DNA of 61,678 bases from a virus, in IMG/VR virus record IMGVR_UViG_3300029713_000009; one strand, 5' to 3'. The translations under genes were made by a program, and so were the position numbers. The notes under the pieces were generated by a model, which was not told where the DNA came from, made no database searches, and saw only the letters and a program-made list of their open reading frames with translations. Shown piece by piece: positions 7,334 through 15,793 of this stretch. Each line of letters starts with the position of its first letter. The stretch's first letter is position 1.

Positions 7334-7762
7334 ATGGAAAAATTCATCGCTCAAAACGAGCCTTTATCAAACAGGCCGCAAGTCCTAGAGGACTCATGCG
7401 ACGCCGTCGAGGAGATCTGGTACAATCATCCTTTTACCGAGGACGAGTTGAATGAGATCAAGACCAAGCTAGCGGACACGTCAATTGATATAGCCGAATT
7501 GGAACAGGAGAAAGCGGACTGGATGGAGTCGTACAAATCACGGCTAAAACCGCTTAATACGGCCAAAGCAAAATATCTTGACCAGATCAAGCGTAAATCC
7601 GAGGATATCAAGGACAAGTGCTATAAGTTCCTTGATCACGAGAACAAGGAAGCCAATTATTATAATGGTGCCGGCGAACTTGTCTATTTCCGGAGGATGC
7701 AACCCCAAGAAATGCAGAAATCAATTTTTAATATTAATCGTAAAACAGGAACAGAATCATGA
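7334..7762 (+). CDS. Hypothetical coiled-coil protein
   Basis: 142 aa; ATGA overlap with the next gene. Confidence 0.6.
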   Translation: MEKFIAQNEPLSNRPQVLEDSCDAVEEIWYNHPFTEDELNEIKTKLADTSIDIAELEQEKADWMESYKSRLKPLNTAKAKYLDQIKRKSEDIKDKCYKFLDHENKEANYYNGAGELVYFRRMQPQEMQKSIFNINRKTGTES

Positions 7763-8496
7763 GTGAGAACAAATTAAATGTGGTTGTACCGAAAGATTAT
7801 AGTGGTGCACCAATCGAAGTAGTATTGAGAGAAGGAAAAGCACCCGTAGCGCTCGACCCGAAAGAACCAACTCCCGTTGGTATTGAAGGAACGATTGACA
7901 GCCCTTTGCGTTGGCTCGAAAAACGAGTGGGGCTTATCGATCAAAAGCGGGCAAATATAACGGTAAACCGTGATGATATGGAAATATCTTTAGTGGACAA
8001 AGAGACTGATTACTATAGAAACCGTATTACTGGAGTATTACAGCCGTCCAAAGAAATGGTTGAGTTTGGTATCAATGCGGAAAAGAAGTGGGAACCTATC
8101 AAGTTATCCAAGTTCTTCAAGATGCATCGTGCCTTCTTCAAGGACAAATCAGAAAACATGACGCTGGTATCTGCCTTGAAAAACTTCAAGGCAAAGGTAA
8201 ACCAAGACATAGAGCGAAGCAAGGAAGAGAATGGCAGCAGAACCGATAACTATTCGCAGGTGGTTGATTCCAATCTCCCGGGGTCGTTCAAGTTGAACAT
8301 CCCACTTTTCAAGGGTTTTGCGTGTGAGGAAATCGAGGTTGAGATTTACGCTGATGTGGACGGAAGAGACGTTTCGCTATCCCTTGTGTCAGCTGGGGCA
8401 AATGAAGCCATTGAGGAATACAAGAATAAAGTGATTGACGAGCAACTGGATGCCATCAGAAAGATCGCTCCAGATATCGTAATAATAGAGATATAA
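7759..8496 (+). CDS. Hypothetical protein
   Basis: 245-aa ORF translationally coupled to the upstream gene. Confidence 0.65.
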   Translation: MSENKLNVVVPKDYSGAPIEVVLREGKAPVALDPKEPTPVGIEGTIDSPLRWLEKRVGLIDQKRANITVNRDDMEISLVDKETDYYRNRITGVLQPSKEMVEFGINAEKKWEPIKLSKFFKMHRAFFKDKSENMTLVSALKNFKAKVNQDIERSKEENGSRTDNYSQVVDSNLPGSFKLNIPLFKGFACEEIEVEIYADVDGRDVSLSLVSAGANEAIEEYKNKVIDEQLDAIRKIAPDIVIIEI

Positions 8497-8546
8497 TAAC
8501 GCAAGTTTCGTGTTTTTCATGGTATTAGATTTGGGTTAGAATGATT

Positions 8547-8577
8547 ATCCCCGCCGTCCGTGAGGATATGCGGGGAT
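8547..8577 (+). ncRNA. Conserved hairpin motif, copy 2
   Basis: ATCCCCGC-[CGTCCGTGAGGATAT]-GCGGGGAT; ends 3 nt before the tRNA-like element. Confidence 0.6.
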
Positions 8578-8580
8578 TTC

Positions 8581-8658
8581 GGGCGGTAAGTATTCCGGGA
8601 TGAAACGTTACGGAGTGCGCATGACGTAAAGAGGCCGGTTCGATCCCGGCACCGTCCA
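8581..8658 (+). ncRNA. Non-canonical tRNA-like element (Ala-type acceptor features, aberrant core)
   Basis: GGGCGGT/ACCGTCC acceptor with G3:U70 and A73; canonical GCCGG-TTCGATC-CCGGC T-arm; the 46-nt core gives no 5-bp/7-nt anticodon arm. Confidence 0.5.
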
Positions 8659-8678
8659 CGAATAACAAACATATAATT

Positions 8679-8828
8679 ATGGAAACAATACAGAATTTAG
8701 ATCACTTGACAATGGCCATATACCTTATCACCGCAATACTAGGACTGATCGCATTGATATTGGCCGTATTCTTACTAATAAACGATAAAGAAAGGAGGAA
8801 TTCGTGGGAAAGAAAAAACATGATTTAG
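8679..8828 (+). CDS. Small single-pass membrane protein
   Basis: 49-aa ORF (..AIYLITAILGLIALILAVFLLI..) below the track cutoff; its stop overlaps a possible GTG start of the next gene. Confidence 0.3.
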   Translation: METIQNLDHLTMAIYLITAILGLIALILAVFLLINDKERRNSWERKNMI

Positions 8829-9301
8829 TGATAGCCGTTGACCCGGACATAGATAAATCCGGTATATGCGTACTGTCTCCTTCAACGAGACAGCTAATTC
8901 TAAAGAGCCTCCCCTTCCCTGTGTTGGTCGATTTCATAAAGGAGGCAAGAGAGAGATACAAGGGGGTAGACATAGTGGTCATTGTCGAGGCCGGATGGCT
9001 TAACGAAAAAAGCAACTACCATAAGGCTAGGGGTAAATCCGGCGAGAGGATAGCCAAGTATGTAGGTCGTAACCAGCAAACCGGGATATTGCTTCTCCAG
9101 ATGTGCGAGCACATAGGGATTCCCTGCGAGGAGGTAAAGCCTTTGACCAAGCATTGGAAAGGGGACGAGGGCAAGATAACCCATGAGGAACTCTCCTACA
9201 TAGTCGGTCCCTTGCCTAAGAGAACGAACCAAGACCAACGTGACGCTACGATTCTGGCTTGGTGGTACGCCGATCTACCAATAAAAATAAAGACTTGGTG
9301 A
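8804..9301 (+). CDS. RuvC-like Holliday junction resolvase
   Basis: ..LVIAVDPDIDKSG.. and ..DQRDATILAWW.. acidic motifs; start may be GTG at 8828. Confidence 0.6.
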   Translation: MGKKKHDLVIAVDPDIDKSGICVLSPSTRQLILKSLPFPVLVDFIKEARERYKGVDIVVIVEAGWLNEKSNYHKARGKSGERIAKYVGRNQQTGILLLQMCEHIGIPCEEVKPLTKHWKGDEGKITHEELSYIVGPLPKRTNQDQRDATILAWWYADLPIKIKTW

Positions 9302-9302
9302 T

Positions 9303-9458
9303 ATGGCGAAGAAGAAAGACGAGCAAGAAAAGGTGAAATGTGGCGATTGCGCCAACGGACATCCTCACAAGGGGCTATGCGTTTGGTGCATCATACATGA
9401 TGCAGGACGGGTAGCTAACTCCACGAGATTTTGTAACACTTTTAAAAAGAGAAGATAA
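9303..9458 (+). CDS. Small Cys-rich (zinc-ribbon-like) protein
   Basis: 51 aa; CGDC..HPH..CVWC; fills the gap between neighbouring genes exactly. Confidence 0.45.
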   Translation: MAKKKDEQEKVKCGDCANGHPHKGLCVWCIIHDAGRVANSTRFCNTFKKRR

Positions 9459-9459
9459 T

Positions 9460-9780
9460 ATGGAACAAGAGAAATTTGATTTATGGTGCGTGGTCGAGTT
9501 ATTCGGCCATTCAAGGATAGCGGGAAGATGTACGGAACAGAACGTGGCCGGTACCAATATGCTTCGGGTAGACGTTCCAGATACAAGTAACCAGCCCGGT
9601 TTCACCCGCTTTCTCTCATCGGGGGCCATATACGCTATAAATCCTGTCTCCGAGGAAGTAGCAAGGCAAATGGCGGAGAACCTGCAAATACAACCTGTAA
9701 ACATATGGGATGTAAACCACCTTGTAGACCAGAAACTAAAGTCCTTGCAGAGCGGAGAGTCTCCGGATTTTGATTTTTAA
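9460..9780 (+). CDS. Conserved phage hypothetical protein
   Basis: 106 aa; ..VVELFGHSRIAGRCTEQNVAGTNMLRVDVP.. pattern that I recall from other phages, function unknown. Confidence 0.6.
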   Translation: MEQEKFDLWCVVELFGHSRIAGRCTEQNVAGTNMLRVDVPDTSNQPGFTRFLSSGAIYAINPVSEEVARQMAENLQIQPVNIWDVNHLVDQKLKSLQSGESPDFDF

Positions 9781-9783
9781 TAT

Positions 9784-10662
9784 ATGGATAAGGGTTTCAT
9801 TATGCTCTCTCGTAAGTTTTTTTCTAATGAAATGTGGGAAGCAGCCCGGACATTCTCGGAGTGCGAAGCGTGGCTTGATCTAATACAATCGGCACGATTT
9901 GAGGCAACCGACACGATTGAATGTATCGGAGGTAGAGAAATAACATATGGGAGAGGACAATATCCGGCTTCAAACCGTTTCCTCGCTGGTAAATGGAAAT
10001 GGGGAGAACAAAAAGTCAAGACATTTCTTGCCAAGTTAAAACGGAAAGGAATGATAACTACGGATAAAAGCCAAGGGATGAATGTCATAACTCTTGTTAA
10101 ATACAACGAATACAATGGTAATATCCCAACAAGCAACCCACAAAGCAACCCAGTAAACAACCTTTCAATAAACGACTTAGAGAGTTTGATAACTCAATTG
10201 ATATCCCATAGAACAACCCAGTGCCAACCCAGCGATAACCCAAATAATAATAAAGATAATACTTTAAGAGAGAGTCTTAATACGCGTGAGACGCTTTTCG
10301 AGAATTTCAAGAATGAGTTATTGGGGGACGAGGAATGGCGCAGATACGCTTGCCAGATATCGGGATTGAGCGTCGCTTTCAATGACCTCATTCCCGGCGA
10401 GCTGGATAACTTCCTAGCTTGGATGGTATCCACCGGGGAGGGCGATACGCTAAAAACGATAGATGACGTTAAGAGACGATTCACCTATTGGTGGCAAGGA
10501 ACAGGACTAAGGGCTTATAATCAAAGATATGGAGGAACAAGAAAAGAAACTTTCGGAGGCTATACAAGCCATGCGGGGGCCTACGGAAAAAGAGAGGCTC
10601 CAGCAAAAACAGGTGTTCAACCTAGTGAAGAAGCACGCAAGGACTATACAGAACGTTTCTAG
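9784..10662 (+). CDS. Replication initiator / replisome organizer (winged-helix, DnaD-like N-terminus)
   Basis: GFIMLSRKFF..W..EAWLDLI..A..GRGQ..S..LAGKWKWGEQKVKTFLAKLKRKGMI; followed by a helicase-loader-like gene. Confidence 0.55.
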   Translation: MDKGFIMLSRKFFSNEMWEAARTFSECEAWLDLIQSARFEATDTIECIGGREITYGRGQYPASNRFLAGKWKWGEQKVKTFLAKLKRKGMITTDKSQGMNVITLVKYNEYNGNIPTSNPQSNPVNNLSINDLESLITQLISHRTTQCQPSDNPNNNKDNTLRESLNTRETLFENFKNELLGDEEWRRYACQISGLSVAFNDLIPGELDNFLAWMVSTGEGDTLKTIDDVKRRFTYWWQGTGLRAYNQRYGGTRKETFGGYTSHAGAYGKREAPAKTGVQPSEEARKDYTERF

Positions 10663-11317
10663 GTACGATCTCTCGGACGATACGGAGTACATCAGCCACG
10701 CCCGGATGATAAAGGCGCTCGGTTGTAATTACCTAGGGATCGAGAGGCGGCAATTCGAGACAGACAGGGGGAATGACAAGGTTTTGAGATTCCTGTTGTA
10801 TTATTTCAACGATTGCCCGTTGGCCGAGTCCGTATTCCCGGAGGAGAACTATAAGCTGCACAAGAACCTCCTTATCGTGGGAGATCCGGGAACGGGCAAA
10901 ACGCTCATGATGCAGATATTCGCCGATTACCTGAAATTGACGGATAACCCCAAACGCTTCGTGAACCTATCCGTGACCCAGATGATGAACTATTACAAGA
11001 TCCATGGTCACATAGACAGGTTCACGTACAACGAGGAGGCAGGGAAAGGGAGCATGGAAGGGAACCCGTTCGATATCTGCCTTAACGATATCGGTCTTGA
11101 GACGGAGAACCAGAAAAGCTACGGCACCAGCCTTAACAGCGTAATAGACGAGTTCCTATACGCGAGGTACGAGATATACCAGTCCCATCAGAAGAAGTAT
11201 CATATCACTTCCAACCTATCCGTCACGGATTTCAAGAATCGGTTCGGAACTAGGCTGGTGGACAGGTTCAAGAGTTTTAACGTGATAATCCTAAACGGAG
11301 AAAGCAGGAGAAGATAA
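10529..11317 (+). CDS. DnaC/IstB-like AAA+ ATPase (helicase loader candidate)
   Basis: Walker A VGDPGTGKT; the first ATG overlaps the upstream gene by 134 nt, so the true start may be later (e.g. 10571 or 10706). Confidence 0.55.
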   Translation: MEEQEKKLSEAIQAMRGPTEKERLQQKQVFNLVKKHARTIQNVSRYDLSDDTEYISHARMIKALGCNYLGIERRQFETDRGNDKVLRFLLYYFNDCPLAESVFPEENYKLHKNLLIVGDPGTGKTLMMQIFADYLKLTDNPKRFVNLSVTQMMNYYKIHGHIDRFTYNEEAGKGSMEGNPFDICLNDIGLETENQKSYGTSLNSVIDEFLYARYEIYQSHQKKYHITSNLSVTDFKNRFGTRLVDRFKSFNVIILNGESRRR

Positions 11318-11318
11318 C

Positions 11319-11552
11319 ATGGAAATAACAGAGAGATTGAGAAACACCCCTACCGGCTTTGTTATCCAAGTCGGGACAAACAGGGTGCAAGTCAAACGCT
11401 TCGAGGCAATATACCAAGGGAAAGCGGTCGTATGCAGGGGATGCCTGTTCCGGGGCGATGGAGCTAGGGATTGCGAGTACAGCAAGGCTTGCATGGCCCA
11501 TCTGAGGCCGGACCATGAAAGCGTAGTTTTTGCTAAAACAAGAGAGACATGA
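11319..11552 (+). CDS. Hypothetical Cys-rich protein
   Basis: 77-aa ORF; ATGA overlap with the methyltransferase gene. Confidence 0.55.
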   Translation: MEITERLRNTPTGFVIQVGTNRVQVKRFEAIYQGKAVVCRGCLFRGDGARDCEYSKACMAHLRPDHESVVFAKTRET

Positions 11553-12949
11553 ATGTTTTATCCTTATTTGACGGAATGTCTTGTGGTAGGATCGCATTAA
11601 GAGAACTCGGGATTGAACCGGAGCATTATTATGCGAGCGAGATCGACAAGTTCGCCATATCCCAAACGAGGCTGAACTTCCCGGATACGATACATTTAGG
11701 GGACGTGACCAAGTGGAGGGAATGGGAGATAGATTGGGGAACGATAGATCTCATACTGGCAGGAAGTCCTTGCCAAGGATTCTCTTTCGCCGGCAAACAA
11801 CTGGCTTTCGATGATCCTCGAAGCAAGCTCTTCTTCGTATTCGTGGACATACTGAACCATGTGAAGGCATTGAACCCGGATGTGTTCTTCTTGCTTGAGA
11901 ACGTGAACATGAAGAAAGAGCACATGCGGGTAATTACTGAGTATTGCGGTGTTCATCCAGTCAACATAAACTCAAATTTGGTGTCGGCCCAGAACCGGAA
12001 CCGGTGGTATTGGACGAACATAAGGACAAGGGAGGTCGGACTGTTCGGGGAGATCCACTCCGACATACCGCAGCCAAAGGACGAGGGTATATTGTTAGGG
12101 GATATCTTGGAGGAAGAGGTTGACGAGAAATATTACCTGAGAGAGAAGGCCATTAGGTATATCTCAAACGATAAACGTATGGAGAAACGATTCACCCAGA
12201 TCGACGGGGATAAAGCGGTCTCCTTGATGGCCGTTGGCACATGCAATAACACCGGGACCTTTATCTCGGTAAACGGGAAGGCACCATGCCAAAGAAGTTC
12301 GACCGGGAGATCCATTGATTCTAGGCATAATTACCAAATCATCAATACTTTTGGTTCGTTAAGGAGAGATCAAACCAAAGCCTCATGTCTCTTAGCTGGA
12401 GGCCATGGATCAGGGAACCATTCGGATATGGACCTGATCCTGCAAAGACCTAGGGGCAATAATAAGGGTAATGTTTTCCATGGCAAGGCACCAACCTTAT
12501 CGTCAAACGCATGGGAACAGAACAATGTGCTCCATAGGATTATCCAGTTAAATGAGAGTAAGGAAAGCGGGGGTATCCAGCCATATCAACAAAACAGGGT
12601 ATATGATGCGAATGGACAATGTCCGGCCTTGTTAGCCGAGATAAGCGGAAGAAGCCATGCCATACTTAGTGTACGACAAGAAAGAAACTTGAAAGATCAA
12701 GACGGAAAATCGAACTCATTACTGGCCTCCTCATATAAAGGATCACAAGCTAATGGCATGACCCTAGTGGAGACATCATCTATCCGCAGATTGACCCCGA
12801 TCGAGTGCTCTAGGCTACAAACCGTTCCTGATTGGTACAAATGGGATTGCTCTGATACGCAGATATACCGTTTGTTGGGCAATGGATGGACTATCAAGGT
12901 TATACAACATATACTTAGTTTTCTAAAGAAAGACATTCATCATAGTTGA
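11549..12949 (+). CDS. DNA (cytosine-5) methyltransferase with very long variable region
   Basis: Motif I LFDGMSCG, IV GSPCQGFS, VI LLENV, VIII QNRNR, IX/X RRLTPIECSRLQ..LLGNGWT; about 250 aa between motifs VIII and IX. Confidence 0.9.
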   Translation: MNVLSLFDGMSCGRIALRELGIEPEHYYASEIDKFAISQTRLNFPDTIHLGDVTKWREWEIDWGTIDLILAGSPCQGFSFAGKQLAFDDPRSKLFFVFVDILNHVKALNPDVFFLLENVNMKKEHMRVITEYCGVHPVNINSNLVSAQNRNRWYWTNIRTREVGLFGEIHSDIPQPKDEGILLGDILEEEVDEKYYLREKAIRYISNDKRMEKRFTQIDGDKAVSLMAVGTCNNTGTFISVNGKAPCQRSSTGRSIDSRHNYQIINTFGSLRRDQTKASCLLAGGHGSGNHSDMDLILQRPRGNNKGNVFHGKAPTLSSNAWEQNNVLHRIIQLNESKESGGIQPYQQNRVYDANGQCPALLAEISGRSHAILSVRQERNLKDQDGKSNSLLASSYKGSQANGMTLVETSSIRRLTPIECSRLQTVPDWYKWDCSDTQIYRLLGNGWTIKVIQHILSFLKKDIHHS

Positions 12950-12992
12950 AAGATGCTTCATCTATGATGAGAGTAAATAAAAATCAAATATT

Positions 12993-13673
12993 ATGGCTAT
13001 AAGCGAAGTTTACAACGAGGATTGTATGGACTATATGACAAACATTCCTGATAAATTCTTTGATCTAGCTATCGTAGATCCACCGTATGGTATAGGAGAG
13101 GACTGGAAGAAAAGGAATAATGGGTATAAATTCAAGGATACATCCTATAAGAATAGCCCTATCAAGGATGCGTCATACTTCGATGAGTTAAAAAGAATTA
13201 GCAAGGATCAGATCATATGGGGATATAATTATTACACCCAATATCTAGGAAATACCAACTATTTGATTGTTTGGGACAAGATGAGCAACAATAACGATGT
13301 GTTTAAATACTCGAAATGTGAGATAGCCTACGTGTCAAAAAAAATCCCATGCAATCTTGTCTCCATTCCGTGGGATGGATATAGGATGGGGCATGAGACC
13401 GGAAAGAGAAAGATACATCCACACCAAAAACCGCTCTCATTGTATTTATGGATTTTGAAAAATTACGCCAAGCCCGGTGACAAAATTTATGACTCTCATT
13501 TGGGGAGCGGAAGCTGCCGTATAGCCGCCTATAAAATGGGTTTTGATTTTTACGCAACCGAGATAGACAAGGAATATTTCAATGCCCAAGATAAAAGGTT
13601 TAAGGAAGAATGCCTAGGTGAAATCATATTACCTAGTGGTAAAAAGATAATACAGACATCAATGTTTCAATAA
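12993..13673 (+). CDS. DNA N6-adenine or N4-cytosine methyltransferase
   Basis: DPPYGIG catalytic motif; HPHQKP; SAM motif YDSHLGSGS. Confidence 0.85.
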   Translation: MAISEVYNEDCMDYMTNIPDKFFDLAIVDPPYGIGEDWKKRNNGYKFKDTSYKNSPIKDASYFDELKRISKDQIIWGYNYYTQYLGNTNYLIVWDKMSNNNDVFKYSKCEIAYVSKKIPCNLVSIPWDGYRMGHETGKRKIHPHQKPLSLYLWILKNYAKPGDKIYDSHLGSGSCRIAAYKMGFDFYATEIDKEYFNAQDKRFKEECLGEIILPSGKKIIQTSMFQ

Positions 13674-13687
13674 TAAATAAAACGATC

Positions 13688-13939
13688 ATGAAAATGGAAA
13701 AAGAAACTATAAAGAACAAAGTATTTGAGATCATAAAGAGTAAACTTTTTCACAAAGATACGCCACTTACGATGGAATCCAAGCTGGAGGATGATCTATG
13801 GATGGACAGTCTTGATGAGATAGAGTTATTAATGGAATTAGAGAAAGAGTTTGGCATATCGATCCCTGATGATGATCCCGGACGATGCCTTACCGTAAAG
13901 GACGTTGTTGATTATATAATCCGGAGGATGAAAGAATGA
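13688..13939 (+). CDS. Acyl carrier protein
   Basis: LEDDLWMDSLDEIELLMELEKEFGISIPDDD..TVKDVVDYI matches the ACP DSL phosphopantetheine-site helix pattern. Confidence 0.7.
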   Translation: MKMEKETIKNKVFEIIKSKLFHKDTPLTMESKLEDDLWMDSLDEIELLMELEKEFGISIPDDDPGRCLTVKDVVDYIIRRMKE

Positions 13940-14085
13940 GAAATAAAGAACTAATCGCTCTATTACAAGAGCAAGACCCGGAAGCGGAGGTAATGATACG
14001 CACGTCCGATGGAGAGTATGAGTACGATCCGGTGGACGTGACGTATGACGAAGAGATAGAATGTATAATTATTCAGGAGGGGTAA
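13936..14085 (+). CDS. Small acidic hypothetical protein
   Basis: 49-aa ORF starting in an ATGA overlap with the ACP stop. Confidence 0.4.
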   Translation: MRNKELIALLQEQDPEAEVMIRTSDGEYEYDPVDVTYDEEIECIIIQEG

Positions 14086-14124
14086 ATATGGATAATAAGA
14101 AATATTTTAACAACGAATTATAAT

Positions 14125-14670
14125 ATGAATCAAATTTGCACGAATAAAGAACAATCATCACGCCTGTTAGAGGCCGGGGTGAGACCGGATACGGCGGACA
14201 TGTATCTTGACGAGTTCGAATGTCCGGTCGCATTTGAATATAGAAGGATTGAAGGGTACGTGGGTCAAGATATGGCATTCCCGGCTTGGTCTCTATCCAA
14301 GCTGATAGACATGATGCCTAAATCATACCAAGATGATATTGACGGGATGGTTTATTACCTATCCGGAAATTTCGTTGAGTTAATGTACGCATCGGACTGG
14401 ATCAAGGACGGGGAAGGTGACAATACTTACAATTGCGCAAAATCCTTCGACAAAGAGAACCTGATGGACAATGTGGTTGACGCTATCGAGTGGCTCATCA
14501 AGAGAGGTCACTTGAATAATAAATTCCTAACAGATAAATGCGGCGATTGCCGACTTATCGAGGATGAAGACGCTAACGGGGAAGCTTGGTGTTCATTTCA
14601 CCAAAAGCCGGTAAGGTGCGATAGTAGAGCTTGTGAGGATATTTTAGTGAAAGGAGGATCAAATGATTAA
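14125..14670 (+). CDS. Hypothetical protein
   Basis: 181-aa ORF with a Cys-rich C-terminus. Confidence 0.6.
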   Translation: MNQICTNKEQSSRLLEAGVRPDTADMYLDEFECPVAFEYRRIEGYVGQDMAFPAWSLSKLIDMMPKSYQDDIDGMVYYLSGNFVELMYASDWIKDGEGDNTYNCAKSFDKENLMDNVVDAIEWLIKRGHLNNKFLTDKCGDCRLIEDEDANGEAWCSFHQKPVRCDSRACEDILVKGGSND

Positions 14671-14935
14671 GGCAATACTACCCGCAGTCATTATGCTTTC
14701 AGTAATATTCATATTATCCTCCGGAATGACAATACAGTTTAAGCCTTTCCATATATCTTTTTCCCAACCCTTCTTCGGCCTAGGACTCATATTGATGATA
14801 ATAGGATTTATGTTATGCTTAGGTTCTTTTTATTTCAAGGGCCGTGATAGTATGGGATATAACAAGGGGTTTGAAGCAGGATGCGAATATGTGATAGGTT
14901 TAATTAAAAAAGAAAATAAATATGAGCAAGATTGA
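14663..14935 (+). CDS. Small membrane protein
   Basis: 90 aa; two hydrophobic segments. Confidence 0.55.
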   Translation: MIKAILPAVIMLSVIFILSSGMTIQFKPFHISFSQPFFGLGLILMIIGFMLCLGSFYFKGRDSMGYNKGFEAGCEYVIGLIKKENKYEQD

Positions 14936-15509
14936 TTTCAACGCACTCCGTGACCGTGCGTACAAATGCGCATGCGAGCACGGGTTCCACAATACAGAGT
15001 TAATTAACGAGCATTTCCTTTGTCTTGTTATCAGTGAGCTGATGGAAGCCGTGGAAGCGAATAGGAAAAATAGGCGCTTTGATAAAGAAAAGCATAAACT
15101 CGGTGAATATGCAGAGTGTCAAGGGTGGTTAACAACTGAAGAAAAGTTTATTAACGTATTCAACAGGTATATTAAGGATACCGTGGAGGATGAACTTTCA
15201 GATGCGGTTATCCGCTTGCTAGACCTTGCCGGATCGTTAGATATCAGCCTTGATGATATCTACGATTTCACGAATGAACCGGAATATAAAGACTGGAATT
15301 ATGTTTTAAAGGAAATGTCTTTTACTGAGAGGATGTTCTTTTTGACATCTATCCTAACCGAGGATAGAGATATAGCGGAAGTAATCAAGGCTTCGATAGT
15401 AATTATATTTCTTAATGCGGACTTGCTGAATATAGATCTCTTATGGCATATTGAACAGAAAATGAAATACAACGAATTAAGGGAGAATAAACATGGAAAG
15501 AGATATTGA
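14922..15509 (+). CDS. MazG-like all-alpha NTP pyrophosphohydrolase
   Basis: ..VISELMEAVEANRK.. and ..EDELSDAVIRLLDLAG.. acidic helix motifs. Confidence 0.55.
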   Translation: MSKIDFNALRDRAYKCACEHGFHNTELINEHFLCLVISELMEAVEANRKNRRFDKEKHKLGEYAECQGWLTTEEKFINVFNRYIKDTVEDELSDAVIRLLDLAGSLDISLDDIYDFTNEPEYKDWNYVLKEMSFTERMFFLTSILTEDRDIAEVIKASIVIIFLNADLLNIDLLWHIEQKMKYNELRENKHGKRY

Positions 15510-15768
15510 TAAGAGACAGACAGTAGAAGAAGCGGCTCATTTCTTCGCTGAAAGCAGGAGTAGCGGTAGTGCATTCCCGGCGTATTATCAGGGATTTATA
15601 GCAGGTGCCGAATGGGAAATGGCAGAAGCTATTAATGCTCACTGGAAAAGTTGTCCAAACCTCTCTAATGATCGAATGTGCAATCAAATGAATGATTGCA
15701 ATCAGAATTGCGAGTACATGAGGTCTTTTATTAGACTATTAAGAGGAATAGTATTAACCGAGCCTTAA
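15493..15768 (+). CDS. Hypothetical protein
   Basis: 91-aa ORF in the operon. Confidence 0.5.
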   Translation: MERDIDKRQTVEEAAHFFAESRSSGSAFPAYYQGFIAGAEWEMAEAINAHWKSCPNLSNDRMCNQMNDCNQNCEYMRSFIRLLRGIVLTEP

Positions 15769-15793
15769 TGGTAAGGCTCATAATTTAAAAGAT

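Noticed and set aside
8581-8658. Interpretation of the tRNA-like element as part of a tmRNA gene, prompted by the G3:U70 pair.
   Set aside because: The 5' and 3' acceptor strands are only 64 nt apart. There is no room for a tag reading frame or pseudoknots, and no resume-codon/ORF pattern is visible.
11277-11597. 106-aa - strand ORF across the junction of the DnaC-like gene, the small ORF and the methyltransferase gene. Similar cases are 9375-9704 and 9777-10160.
   Set aside because: They are antisense to a tightly coupled + strand operon with recognisable products, so they are shadow ORFs.
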